A stretch of DNA of 63,866 bases, filler included, from Aduncisulcus paluster (taxonomy: Eukaryota), in NCBI GenBank assembly GCA_024181965.1. It is 4 parts of 4 records of this genome, joined end to end, with 100 filler letters (N's around TTAATTAATTAA, not from the genome) between each part and the next. Parts side by side here need not be neighbours in the genome. Positions count along the whole stretch, not along the records: positions 1 to 22,889 come from BQXS01012725.1; 3 more parts are not named here. One strand, given 5' to 3'. Shown in pieces: positions 10,094 through 20,770 of the stretch. The stretch's first letter is position 1. Every line of letters starts with the position of its first letter. Below the pieces are notes generated by a model, which saw only the letters and a list, made by a program, of their open reading frames with translations, was not told where the DNA came from and ran no database searches. The position numbers and the translations under genes were made by a program.

Positions 10094-10302
10094 ATTATCA
10101 GAGGATATGACAAAAACATAGAATCAAAACATTCCTGTCTATTTTCTTTTGTAGACATAAAATACAAATTTTCCAAATCAAATTAATTCACTAGCACTTT
10201 GACTATTTTTATTTCACTCTTTACAATTTTTTTAAGTCTTTACTTATACGTTTTTGCTTTTTCTTGACAATTTGCAATATCTAGCAGTGAATACACAAAA
10301 AA

Positions 10303-10758
10303 ATGGAAGGCACCGATTTATTTTTTGATGAACAACAGAAAATAAGAATATTAGATCCTACAATAGCATCAGAAATCCAAAAATTGAAACAGTTGACAAG
10401 TAGCTTCATACTGAGTATGTTTTTTTATCATTAATTCTATTTTTTGAGCTATTCATTAATTTCTTCACCTGATAATATTCCAATTATAGAATCGAGAGAT
10501 TTTGTGTCTGTATCTTCAACAATTATTTCTTCTATGAAACAGATAGCACACGCGACAGAAGTGGAACGACTGAAAGCAATTGGACTCAAACTTCAACTTG
10601 AAAAAGAGAGGAGTGAATCAAGTGAAAGAATTTTAGAATTGAAAGAAAGAATCAAAAATAGGCGAGAACAATTAAGCAAACTAGAAACAGAGGAGAAATC
10701 TTTAACAAATTTGGTTCAACATCAAAGTGAAGAAATTCAGCGTATAAAGCATTTGTAA
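10303..10758 (+). CDS. IFT20: Intraflagellar transport protein 20; exons 10303-10414, 10490-10758
   Basis: LFFDEQQKIRILDPT (cf. LHFDELNKLRVLDP), EVERLKAIG (cf. ENEKMKAIG), coiled-coil C-terminus. Confidence 0.9.
10415..10489 (+). other. Spliceosomal intron (75 nt) in IFT20
   Basis: GTATGT...ATTATAG, phase 1, restores frame. Confidence 0.9.
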
Positions 10759-10941
10759 TTCGTTGAAAATACATCTTTTATGATTCCATAATGGAATTTC
10801 CATACTGAACAAATAGTAATAAATTTAAATTCACATATTAGTGAAACCTTCAATCTGAGTTTCTGACAGATATTTGTAGATGATCAGACTGTCAGTATTC
10901 GTTTGGAAGGATGTTTCGAGTTTTGCCTTTCTCAGTTCTGG

Positions 10942-12561
10942 ATGGGGGATAAAAAAGATCAAGAAAAAGATGTTGATAAAATAGATGAAGCTAGTATGTT
11001 TTTTTTGTTGCATATGTTGGAATATCTTTGCTTATTTTGCATTTTGTTTGATTAATCAACCTTTTCATGTTGTTTTGATTCATTTTGATTTATTTTTAAT
11101 TTCAATTTATCAGTGAAAATCCTTACTACACAAGGAGCCGATGATGAAGACTGGGATATTGATGTTTCTAAACTTCCAGAGTATTGTGGTGATTGGCAAA
11201 CCCACCCTCTTTTTTCTTCTGAAACTACTGATGATATAAAAGAATTACTTGCTGAAAGTACTCCGGGAGAGCAAGCCGAAACATTTAAAGATCAAGGAAA
11301 CCATGTGATTAAGCTAGCCGTAAGAATGATGAAAGAAATTACAGATTTGACTGAAGATGACAAACAACGAAAATTCAATCAACTCGTCGAGAATGCAATT
11401 GTGTATTATGTTAAGGCAATTAAATTAGAAANNNNNNNNNNNNNNNNNNNNCTTCCAGAGTATTGTGGTGATTGGCAAACCCACCCTCTTTTTTCTTCTG
11501 AAACTACTGATGATATAAAAGAATTACTTGCTGAAAGTACTCCGGGAGAGCAAGCCGAAACATTTAAAGATCAAGGAAACCATGTGATTAAGCTAGCCGT
11601 AAGAATGATGAAAGAAATTACAGATTTGACTGAAGATGACAAACAACGAAAATTCAATCAACTCGTCGAGAATGCAATTGTGTATTATGTTAAGGCAATT
11701 AAATTAGAAAACCCAGATAAGATTCAAATGTCTTCATATTTCTCCAATATTGCATATGCTCATATTCTCGTCAATAACTATAAATATGCTGTTAAAGATT
11801 GTACTCTTGCTTTAAAATATAATCCCCATAACAAAAAAGCCCTTTTTCGAGCCGCTACTTCCTATTTTCATCTTCGTAATTTCGAAACTGCCATTTCCTT
11901 TGTTTCTATTTACGAAAAACTTGAGCAAAGTGAAGAAATTGATGTTCCAAACAAGAAAATCCAACAATTAAAATCCAAAATTATGAAGGAGTTGAGTATT
12001 ATTCGAGAGAAAAAGCTTAAATTAGAAAGGGAGAGAGAAGAAAGAATTTCAAAGCAACGGGATCTTTGGACTGTTCTTAAGAAGAATGACATTACGATTG
12101 GCACTGAGATTTCTCATTTTCCTGTCAGCAGAATGCCAACCAATCCATCTGGAGGCAAAGGATTTTGGCTCAATGGGAGAGATATTCATTTCCCTCTCCT
12201 TCTTGTGTATCCCATTCATGGCCAAATTGAAATATTCTCTGATCTAACCCTGGACGTCACGGTTCACTCAGTTCTTGCAACAATTCTTGAGACTTTCCCC
12301 CCCTGGGATGAAGAAAAGTTGTATAGTGCAGATTCGGTGTATGTGTGTTTCATGTATGGATGGTGTGAGGAGATTGATATTTCAAGTGGGAACTTACTTG
12401 ATCGCCCAACTGATTTGAAGTGGTTATCCGTTAAGATTTCACTGACCATGAAACAGGTTTTTGCTCACGAAAAATATATCTGTCCACAAATTCCGATTTT
12501 ATACATATTACCAAAGGGAAAGAGAGAATCTATGGAATTTTTAAAGAGTAAAACACTATAA
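10942..12561 (+). CDS. TTC4: TTC4/Cns1 Hsp70/Hsp90 TPR co-chaperone; exons 10942-10993, 11114-12561 (contains gap duplication 11173-11431/11452-11710)
   Basis: HPLF motif, AETFKDQGN, TPRs (YFSNIAYAH..NYKYAVKDC..AL...P.NKKALFRAA), C-terminal wheel domain (IHFPLLLVYP...PPWDEEKLY). Confidence 0.85.
10994..11113 (+). other. Spliceosomal intron (120 nt) in TTC4
   Basis: GTATGT...TTATCAG; gives N-terminus MGDKKDQEKDVDKIDEAMKILTT. Confidence 0.8.
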
Positions 12562-12895
12562 GACAATTTCCCCGTGATGGCCACCGGCATCAACCGGCAT
12601 TACCGGTATGCAGCCGATTATTCTTGAGTGAGCAAAACTCCACAAAATATAAGTCTAAATCCATGTTTAAATGTGGAAAATGGACGATTTTCAACTCTTT
12701 TCAAGAAAGCAGAAACAGAGAGAGGTACATCAATTGAATTTTAATCTGAATTCTGAATTCAACTTGAAAAAATTTTTTGAAATTCTGAAATTTCTATAAC
12801 AGTCAGAATCCGACGAATTAGGATTAAGTTTGGTCCATTGACCAGGCCAGTAAGTTTATTAAATGAATTGAAACAGAAAATAAGTACTAATAGTA

Positions 12896-15800
12896 CTATG
12901 TCGAAATCCAATGAAAAAAAATAAAAATAACAATAGTTAGACTCAAAAAAATTATCAACAAATGAGCAAAAATCAGTGAAATACTAAAGAGAAGAGTTCC
13001 ATCCCTAGATTTAATCGTAATATTGTTGTCATCAACAGTAAAAACAGGAAATTTCTGTAAAAGCTGGTTAAATACCAATTCAAAATTTGAATTAACAACA
13101 ATTTCTTCCTTTCGACAATCAGGTTCCTTTTCAGCTTCTTTCCCTTCCTTTTCCCTCTCTTCTTCCTTTACAAAACTCTCTTCTTCTTCCTCTTCTTCTT
13201 CCTGATATTCTTGATATGACGAAGGAGAATCATCCACATACCTTGGTGATGGGTATGGCTGAACATGAGGAATCTCTGAAGGAAGGGGAAGTGAGTTTGA
13301 ATGTGAGAAAGAAGATTCATCATTCACCGGAGATTCGATAAACACAACCTGCTCAACATCACACCAAGAATTCCCAGCCCAAGATCTTAAACATTTTAAG
13401 GTAAGCTCTCGAATGTTTGTTGTGGACAAAGGTAAAGAATGCCATACTGATGAACTTTCCACTTTTGATGTAAAATATTCATATTTGTTTGCTTTGATTG
13501 TTCCATCATCATCCTCTGATACACATATAATATCAATTTCTTGAGGAGAATCATCTCCAGCAGGAAGCAACAGATTGACAGCTTGGATTGAGGGGAAATG
13601 AGAAAATGGGAATGTAATGGAATAGAAATGAAATGGTTGCTTATTTCTAAACATGCTTGGACATACTGAAGAATCCATTGCAAATGCAAGTCTCGCATGA
13701 ATGGCATCAATATTTGGAAGAATTGAACATTTCTCCATTTCTGAACCACCACGAGTCGTCACTTGAGGAATTTGCAGAAGCATTGGAGAGGAAGAGTATG
13801 ATGTGAGAGAGGATGAGGAAGAATACGAGTTAAGGGAAGATGGATGTGTCACTGAATACGGATTCGGAGAATATGGAAGGAATAATCTTGGGGATTTTTC
13901 TTGAGTTTCTGTTGGGCAAAAAGGAGGAATAGAATCTACTTCCACATCTTGGTCTTTATCGGATTCTGTAAAAAGAGTGGATACAGAGGTAGAATCATGG
14001 AAAGATTGACCCAGAGTTATTGACCTGATAACTCTTTTTTCACGCTCTTGAGAAAGAATTTGGAATTCTTTTTTCTTTCTAGAATAAGAATCATCATAAA
14101 CATCGAGAATAAATCGTATATCCTGAATAGTACACCAATCATTTCCATTCCACGAACTAACACAACTTAACCGACAAGCCACTATCCTTTCAGAGCTTCT
14201 AACACCAGAAATATCAACGACATGCCAGGTGAGACCCCATTCTTGAGTCTCAATAACGGAACATCGGACATGAAACTCCCTGCCAGATTGCAAAATAAAT
14301 GTGATATCAAGTTCCTTTGGTTGATCACCACTCCCGAAGCCTGGAAGTAAAAAATGAATGGATCGCAGAACAACAGGGATTGTGAATGGAAATAATATAT
14401 TAAAAAAACTAACATCATGAGATCCTTCAAGAAATCTGAACCTTAACAAAGAAATATCATACCCACACGGAAATTCACCAGAAGTCTTCAAAACGTCGAT
14501 GGAAGCATTCTCAGGAGCTACCCTCTTAATCGGCTCAGATTCAGGGATAATATCTCGAAGAAACACACTTATAACATTGTATGGTCGAGGGAGAGAGAGA
14601 TCTTTGATGCTTTGTTGTCGGACCAAAGCATTAGCCTCTCTTTTTTTCATGACAAACCTAATCCCACAAATATCTGCGAATTGACTCCCTCGCCAAGAGG
14701 ATATACACTCTATTTCACAAGATACAACTCCATTTACATTAATAGGAAGAACATGCCACTGAACTCGAGCTTTGGCGGAAGAGAGCGGAATTAAGGAAAA
14801 ATCAATCCGATACTGTTTTCTAAAAATAGCACCTGTAGTTGTTGATAGAATAAGGTCAATATCCTTTGGAGCCTGAACATCCTGGTTGATGCATAAATAT
14901 AGATAATCCAATGAATGATCATGAAGAAAGGGAAAGAACAGAGAGACAAATCTCAGAATAGTTCCATCTTCTTCCACCAATCTCCGAACTCGAATCGGAT
15001 GATGGCCATCTGGAAAAACTCCAGTTGCCTGATGTTTGTTTATCTTAATAACATTGGCATCGACATGACTAGGCAGTTTGAGAAGGGGGTTAGATTCAGT
15101 AAGAATAGATTTTATAACAATGTGATCTCGGTGCTCAGCCAATTTTCGTGCGATTACAGCCTCATCAGAGCTCAAAATGAATTGAATGCCTTGGATATAA
15201 CACCAAGGAAATCCATGCCAAGACCCAAGACATTCGAGAGTGCAAGCAATCACATTCGAAACATCAACAAGAAGAAAAATCCAACTGTATGAATTATCTT
15301 CTTTCTCAAAATCCTGTTCTATTTTGGGAATCCGATACTCACGATGTATCATCTTTCCACCGATTGTGTGGAAGCTAATATCAAGATCTTTGGGTTGTTC
15401 ATGGAATGTCCAAAGGCAAATATAAATTATTCCAATCGAATGGTCCCTTGAAAATGGAAGGAAAATACTCTTGAAGGCACTTCCATCTCCGATCAATAAT
15501 GAAGGGATGGAAAAGGCATCATATCCACATGCAAATGATCCCCGAGCTTCATATTCAAGAGGATGGATAACTCTATAATCAGTATATGAGTAAACCAACT
15601 CATAACTACTCCTGGGTTGGTGCATGGTATCTCCACTGATCACTCTTGACTCTCTCAGAGAGGATAGTCGAATATGATCATCAATCATTGCTCTCGATAT
15701 AGACTCTCTTTCATCTCGAACAAAGCGAATCCCATCGATCCAACACCAATCATTTCCATCAACCCACGATTCCTTACAGGTAATGGTACAATGAGTAATA

Positions 15801-16258
15801 TTTTCAACTCCAACTCGCAATGATCGCCATTCTCCCGTATATCCTTGTATTTTTTTCATAGAAAACAATTTTTTTATCGATTGTTTTTCTGATGTTTCAA
15901 ATATAACTTCAAGTTGTTTGGGATGGTTTCCTTCTTCACTGGAAATACAAATGTAGATAGATCGACAGGAAAATGGAGAACCAAATGGAAAAGCTATAGT
16001 TTTGAAGGCAATTCCACTGCTTCCTTCAAGGAATCGAGGCAAGAGTTCAGCTAAGCGTTGGTCCGGGTAGGACGCAACAACAGCATTGGAAGGCTGATAT
16101 ACACGTGGATCAATCATTCCAATTGGAGGATCAAATAAATTGCCCCATTTAACAAAAGAATCTGCACGATGTGTTATTTTGACACTTGTATGGATCGGTT
16201 GAGTACAACTTGTACTAAAAGTTGAACTTTTAGCTACAAAAGTTTCGTTAGGTATCAT
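12896..16258 (-). CDS. Protein with five tandem ~150-aa beta-sandwich (DOC/APC10-like?) domains and C-terminal transmembrane helix
   Basis: Recurrent motif F..I.FPF...I.IC...QPK.L.I.F...W..L.V..V..C...C..SW.G..WC.I.GIRF five times; acidic linker; hydrophobic tail LLFSISLIFAHLLIIFLSLTIVIFIFF. Confidence 0.8.
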   Translation of the reverse strand: MIPNETFVAKSSTFSTSCTQPIHTSVKITHRADSFVKWGNLFDPPIGMIDPRVYQPSNAVVASYPDQRLAELLPRFLEGSSGIAFKTIAFPFGSPFSCRSIYICISSEEGNHPKQLEVIFETSEKQSIKKLFSMKKIQGYTGEWRSLRVGVENITHCTITCKESWVDGNDWCWIDGIRFVRDERESISRAMIDDHIRLSSLRESRVISGDTMHQPRSSYELVYSYTDYRVIHPLEYEARGSFACGYDAFSIPSLLIGDGSAFKSIFLPFSRDHSIGIIYICLWTFHEQPKDLDISFHTIGGKMIHREYRIPKIEQDFEKEDNSYSWIFLLVDVSNVIACTLECLGSWHGFPWCYIQGIQFILSSDEAVIARKLAEHRDHIVIKSILTESNPLLKLPSHVDANVIKINKHQATGVFPDGHHPIRVRRLVEEDGTILRFVSLFFPFLHDHSLDYLYLCINQDVQAPKDIDLILSTTTGAIFRKQYRIDFSLIPLSSAKARVQWHVLPINVNGVVSCEIECISSWRGSQFADICGIRFVMKKREANALVRQQSIKDLSLPRPYNVISVFLRDIIPESEPIKRVAPENASIDVLKTSGEFPCGYDISLLRFRFLEGSHDVSFFNILFPFTIPVVLRSIHFLLPGFGSGDQPKELDITFILQSGREFHVRCSVIETQEWGLTWHVVDISGVRSSERIVACRLSCVSSWNGNDWCTIQDIRFILDVYDDSYSRKKKEFQILSQEREKRVIRSITLGQSFHDSTSVSTLFTESDKDQDVEVDSIPPFCPTETQEKSPRLFLPYSPNPYSVTHPSSLNSYSSSSSLTSYSSSPMLLQIPQVTTRGGSEMEKCSILPNIDAIHARLAFAMDSSVCPSMFRNKQPFHFYSITFPFSHFPSIQAVNLLLPAGDDSPQEIDIICVSEDDDGTIKANKYEYFTSKVESSSVWHSLPLSTTNIRELTLKCLRSWAGNSWCDVEQVVFIESPVNDESSFSHSNSLPLPSEIPHVQPYPSPRYVDDSPSSYQEYQEEEEEEEESFVKEEEREKEGKEAEKEPDCRKEEIVVNSNFELVFNQLLQKFPVFTVDDNNITIKSRDGTLLFSISLIFAHLLIIFLSLTIVIFIFFHWIST

Positions 16259-16476
16259 TCAAAAATATTATTATTATTATTGTGTAAATCTAAACCAAAC
16301 AATAATTTTGAGCAGTATTGAATTTTTTTGTCAAGAGAAAAATAAAATATTACTGACCAACGATATGGTGTATAAATAATCCTATTATCAGTTTTCATTT
16401 TAATATATTTCTGGTTACACATCAAAAACTATATTTTTTAGACATAGAATTATTGCAGGAGACTCTCTCGAGTCGG

Positions 16477-16499
16477 ACTGGACGTCGTCCAGTGGACGA
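16477..16499. repeat. Overlapping single-base-centred palindromes in divergent promoter
   Basis: ACTGGACG-T-CGTCCAGT (16477-16493) overlapping TCGTCCA-G-TGGACGA (16485-16499). Confidence 0.9.
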
Positions 16500-16564
16500 T
16501 TCCATCCTAGTTTGCCCCCCTCACCTAATTAAAAATTATTTACCCAACATATTATTGAGAAATT

Positions 16565-18088
16565 ATGGATTCTTATAGATATATTGATATAGACAATGAT
16601 GCAAAGACTGATATTGAACTAGTTTCGTCACTTGGATGGTCACGACCAATTTTCCCGACATTATCTTTAGGAGCTGGATGCACGTACTTTAAATCTATGA
16701 TGGTTCCCTTCATTGGAACCCATTCTATTGCCTCTGTTGAATTTTCCACCATCCAAGGAGACAGTAGACAACCTCATGAATTACACCTTATTTTTTATTT
16801 CAAGGATGGTTCCGAAATAACCATTGATCATGTTTTCGAAACAAAATCCATGAATCCAAAAGAATGGATTTCTATCAAGCTGGAAAGAGATTTTAATGAT
16901 GTCATCAAATGCAAAATTATTGCAAGAAAAGATTGGTCAGGGAAAATTGGTTGTTTAATCACTGGATTGAGATTCATTGCATCAAAAGATGAAATTCAAA
17001 GGACTTCTAAGGCAAAAAGATCGAAGAAAGACTTAACTGATACAAAATTTTCTCGTGGAGAATTTTTTTCTGCTTCTCATATTCAAGATGGAGATCGTTC
17101 CGTTGCCCCATATCCATTAGTTGACCCAAATGTTATTTTGTTGGATGAGTTTTCATCGTATGCCCAAGAATATTATATGAAACCAGGAGAATTCCCCATG
17201 TTTTTCACTTCAATTTATTTTATTTGTTGTTCCAAAGTTCATTTCGCCTTTTCAACACCATTTCCCATTTTTTCCATTGCCCTTTGTATCTTTGGCGATG
17301 ATTCCCAACCTCGCCGTTTGTCTCTTAAATTCAACACAAAAGATGGATTCATGGAAAAATTGTTTCAAATTGATAAAATCGGAGAATCCGGAAAATATCA
17401 ATGGATGTTACTTCATAATGATCTTTCTTCCGAGCCTTTAATTGCACAAGATGTTCTTAGTTGTGATATCTCTCTCGTTTCTTCATGGGGTTCTTGTCCA
17501 TATTTTACACTGGATGCCATTCGATTCATTGTTCCCCCAAAAGTTGCAAAAGCAAGGCAAAAGATGGCAAAAGCCAGAGAAATAATTGCCCTTGAAACCA
17601 TGAAGAAATCTAGATGTGTTGAGGGAGATTGGAGAAAGTGTCCGGTTTCTATTCGAAACAAACTAATGATTAGACCAAAAATAGATTCTGTGACCGGATT
17701 ATTCCCGATACCATATTATGCTTCGTGTCTTCAGAAAATTCTTGTGGGAAAAAAGAAAGACTTTGGATTTTATTCATGTTTTATTCCCTTCCTCGTATTC
17801 GAAGGTGAGGATATCAGTGGCATTTGGATCCATCTACTCCCTGAAAACACACAACTCAAGGAGGTTTCAATTTATTTTGAATTATTTCCAAGATCAAAGG
17901 AATGCGAAAGTTCCGTTGAGAAGTATTTTTATCTATCCCAAGTCACTACTCCACAGTGGGTTTTTCTACCAGTTAACTTGACAAGAGTTTTGTCATGTAA
18001 AATGGTTTCAATCTCGGCCTGGAATGGGAATCAAGTCGGGATAATCCATGGAATAAGATTTGTCAGAATCGAAGAATCATTTATTTGA
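16565..18088 (+). CDS. Protein with three copies of the same beta-sandwich domain
   Basis: Repeats ending ITGLRFI, LDAIRFI, IHGIRFV with QPHEL/QPRRL/QLKEV and (S/D/A)W.G motifs. Confidence 0.8.
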   Translation: MDSYRYIDIDNDAKTDIELVSSLGWSRPIFPTLSLGAGCTYFKSMMVPFIGTHSIASVEFSTIQGDSRQPHELHLIFYFKDGSEITIDHVFETKSMNPKEWISIKLERDFNDVIKCKIIARKDWSGKIGCLITGLRFIASKDEIQRTSKAKRSKKDLTDTKFSRGEFFSASHIQDGDRSVAPYPLVDPNVILLDEFSSYAQEYYMKPGEFPMFFTSIYFICCSKVHFAFSTPFPIFSIALCIFGDDSQPRRLSLKFNTKDGFMEKLFQIDKIGESGKYQWMLLHNDLSSEPLIAQDVLSCDISLVSSWGSCPYFTLDAIRFIVPPKVAKARQKMAKAREIIALETMKKSRCVEGDWRKCPVSIRNKLMIRPKIDSVTGLFPIPYYASCLQKILVGKKKDFGFYSCFIPFLVFEGEDISGIWIHLLPENTQLKEVSIYFELFPRSKECESSVEKYFYLSQVTTPQWVFLPVNLTRVLSCKMVSISAWNGNQVGIIHGIRFVRIEESFI

Positions 18089-18731
18089 TAAAATCTTTCT
18101 TGGATCTTCTATTAATACTTTGTAGGAAATCATATGTAAAACAAACGATTTAAATTTGACAAAATTTTGAAACAAACGATTTAAATATTTGATGTTTCTA
18201 ACCACAATATACAATAAATAGATAGTATCAAATGCTTTCTTTTTTTTTCTCTTTCTATCTATATTCAGTATCTATCCAAAGAAAATAAGATACTGGCATC
18301 GAAAAGAAAATATGATGATTGAATTATAATCAATGACAAATATCACATGGAATTATCTCTGATTCGTGAAGGAACAGCGAACACAGAAATACATAAGTNN
18401 NNNNNNNNNNNNNNNNNNTGATAAAATCTTTCTTGGATCTTCTATTAATACTTTGTAGGAAATCATATGTAAAACAAACGATTTAAATTTGACAAAATTT
18501 TGAAACAAACGATTTAAATATTTGATGTTTCTAACCACAATATACAATAAATAGATAGTATCAAATGCTTTCTTTTTTTTTCTCTTTCTATCTATATTCA
18601 GTATCTATCCAAAGAAAATAAGATACTGGCATCGAAAAGAAAATATGATGATTGAATTATAATCAATGACAAATATCACATGGAATTATCTCTGATTCGT
18701 GAAGGAACAGCGAACACAGAAATACATAAGT
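18086..18731 (+). repeat. Gap-flanking duplication (18086-18398 / 18419-18731), artefact
   Basis: Copies either side of 20-N gap. Confidence 0.85.
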
Positions 18732-20352
18732 GGTTTGCAACTTGGCGGACAACCATGATGGTAAAATTTATGAATACAGCTGTCTGAAGGAAAGAAATAA
18801 ATCCCACCCAAAATAGTGGAGGAGAATCAACAAACATCCCAATAATTGGAATAACAATGTTTATCCATGTGATCAGAGGGGACATCTCAGTAAAAAGAGA
18901 TCGATACCGTGTGATACGCGCAATAACACATCTGATTGAAAATTGAACAAAGAGGGGGAGATAGAAAAGAATGAACACTGTTGGATGATTTTGAGGAATT
19001 CCATGGCCAAAGAAGTCAACAAACATGAGAGAGGCCACAATAAGGGAATACAGAAGCGGAATAAAAGACTTTGTAACAGTGATAATATAACTCATTACAA
19101 ATCCTTCAGGAGTTTGTGAATCCAGTTCCCTTGCCTTTCGAATTGCTTCTCCTTCAGTATCCTCCTCTCTATCATGCAAAATATCATCTTCCTCCCCTTG
19201 AAGCCCTGAAATCTGCACTTGGACATCAACTTCTTTAGACTGAGCTTTATCCAAAGCTTCAACCCCAAATACACTCTCTCGAGCCGCTTGATCAAAAACA
19301 ACTGCAGTTACATGCCCCCTTTTCTTACCTTCTTCACGGATTCTGCGTTGTTCCTCCATTTCCATCATATCGGCAACCTCCTGTTCCCCATGACTCACTT
19401 CACCTTCCTTGGTGAGAAGGACAGCCCCATCGTCGCCTTGAACCGTTGGAATATTTACACTGAGGTCCCCACGAGCCTTGGAACAGGCTTCATCTGAGAG
19501 TTCCTCCCGTCTACGTTTGGCCTCTTTCTCTAATCCAAACCAAGAATAATAGAGGGCAATTGGGATGCGACAGAGGGCATATATAATAGTTCCAATTAAA
19601 AGAATGGTTTGAGATTGTACGTTGGGCATAAATAGTGAAAATATCCATCCACATAGAGGAATCTGTTCTGCAAAATCAACGTTCACAAACCCATCCACGC
19701 AAACTCGAAAAAAAGTAAAAAGACACAGTAAAAACATTACTATTGGGCCGATGCCATGCAAAATACTCCTTCTTTTGGTCTTTGTACAATATTCTTGAAA
19801 GCAAACAGAAAAAGAAACGAAAGAACTAATAATTGTCGTTAAAAAAACATATGTTATGTCACAACAAAGCATTCTACATAAAACAAGCGAAATCATGGCT
19901 CGATAAATGGCATTTCCAACACCACAATCAAGAAGATGTCCAAGAGAAGTTTGTGAAAGAGTAACAATGGCTAAAGATCCATCTAAAGCATCTAAAAAAG
20001 CAATACTTGGAATTAAGATTAAGGTGGTTGACCAAATAAAAATATTGAAGGCAGAATGATCCTTTCCAAAATCAACCAAATGAAGGCAAAATAATAGAAA
20101 GGAAGATATGATATGAGCAAATGTAATAGCATTGGGACTAATATCAACTTCATATTCTGAAAGCATTTGGGCCATGAATAATGCGGGTTTCTTCCATACA
20201 AACTTGTAAATAAAAGAATTGTTTTCCTTCACCACAAATTTGAAATTAACAAGGTTTTGAAGACCTTGAGCCTTAATGAACGTTGGATTTTTCGCTTTAT
20301 CTCTCCAATCAGACATGTGAAATGGGCAAAAACACCAATAATCGTTGCCCAT
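18676..20352 (-). CDS. CDP-alcohol phosphotransferase family (choline/ethanolamine phosphotransferase-like), degenerate active-site motif
   Basis: ISPNAITF; DALDGSLAIVTLSQTSLGHLLDCGVG; multiple TM helices; C-terminal QVANHLCISVF like CEPT1/AAPT. Confidence 0.8.
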   Translation of the reverse strand: MGNDYWCFCPFHMSDWRDKAKNPTFIKAQGLQNLVNFKFVVKENNSFIYKFVWKKPALFMAQMLSEYEVDISPNAITFAHIISSFLLFCLHLVDFGKDHSAFNIFIWSTTLILIPSIAFLDALDGSLAIVTLSQTSLGHLLDCGVGNAIYRAMISLVLCRMLCCDITYVFLTTIISSFVSFSVCFQEYCTKTKRRSILHGIGPIVMFLLCLFTFFRVCVDGFVNVDFAEQIPLCGWIFSLFMPNVQSQTILLIGTIIYALCRIPIALYYSWFGLEKEAKRRREELSDEACSKARGDLSVNIPTVQGDDGAVLLTKEGEVSHGEQEVADMMEMEEQRRIREEGKKRGHVTAVVFDQAARESVFGVEALDKAQSKEVDVQVQISGLQGEEDDILHDREEDTEGEAIRKARELDSQTPEGFVMSYIITVTKSFIPLLYSLIVASLMFVDFFGHGIPQNHPTVFILFYLPLFVQFSIRCVIARITRYRSLFTEMSPLITWINIVIPIIGMFVDSPPLFWVGFISFLQTAVFINFTIMVVRQVANHLCISVFAVPSRIRDNSM

Positions 20353-20729
20353 AATGATGACATTGTATAACAGAAATATTTTATGAGAAAAATTTTATTA
20401 CGTTATATTTTATGCATTTTTGATAGCCCAATTAGTATTTCTTATGCATCCTTCGAAGGTGAAAATACAAAATTTAAAATTTCGATTTGTGTGTGTATNN
20501 NNNNNNNNNNNNNNNNNNTTTTTCGCTTTATCTCTCCAATCAGACATGTGAAATGGGCAAAAACACCAATAATCGTTGCCCATAATGATGACATTGTATA
20601 ACAGAAATATTTTATGAGAAAAATTTTATTACGTTATATTTTATGCATTTTTGATAGCCCAATTAGTATTTCTTATGCATCCTTCGAAGGTGAAAATACA
20701 AAATTTAAAATTTCGATTTGTGTGTGTAT
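20288..20729 (+). repeat. Gap-flanking duplication (20288-20498 / 20519-20729), artefact
   Basis: Copies either side of 20-N gap. Confidence 0.85.
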
Positions 20730-20770
20730 CAAAGTTCATTTACATATATATAGATAAACATTTTTCATAT

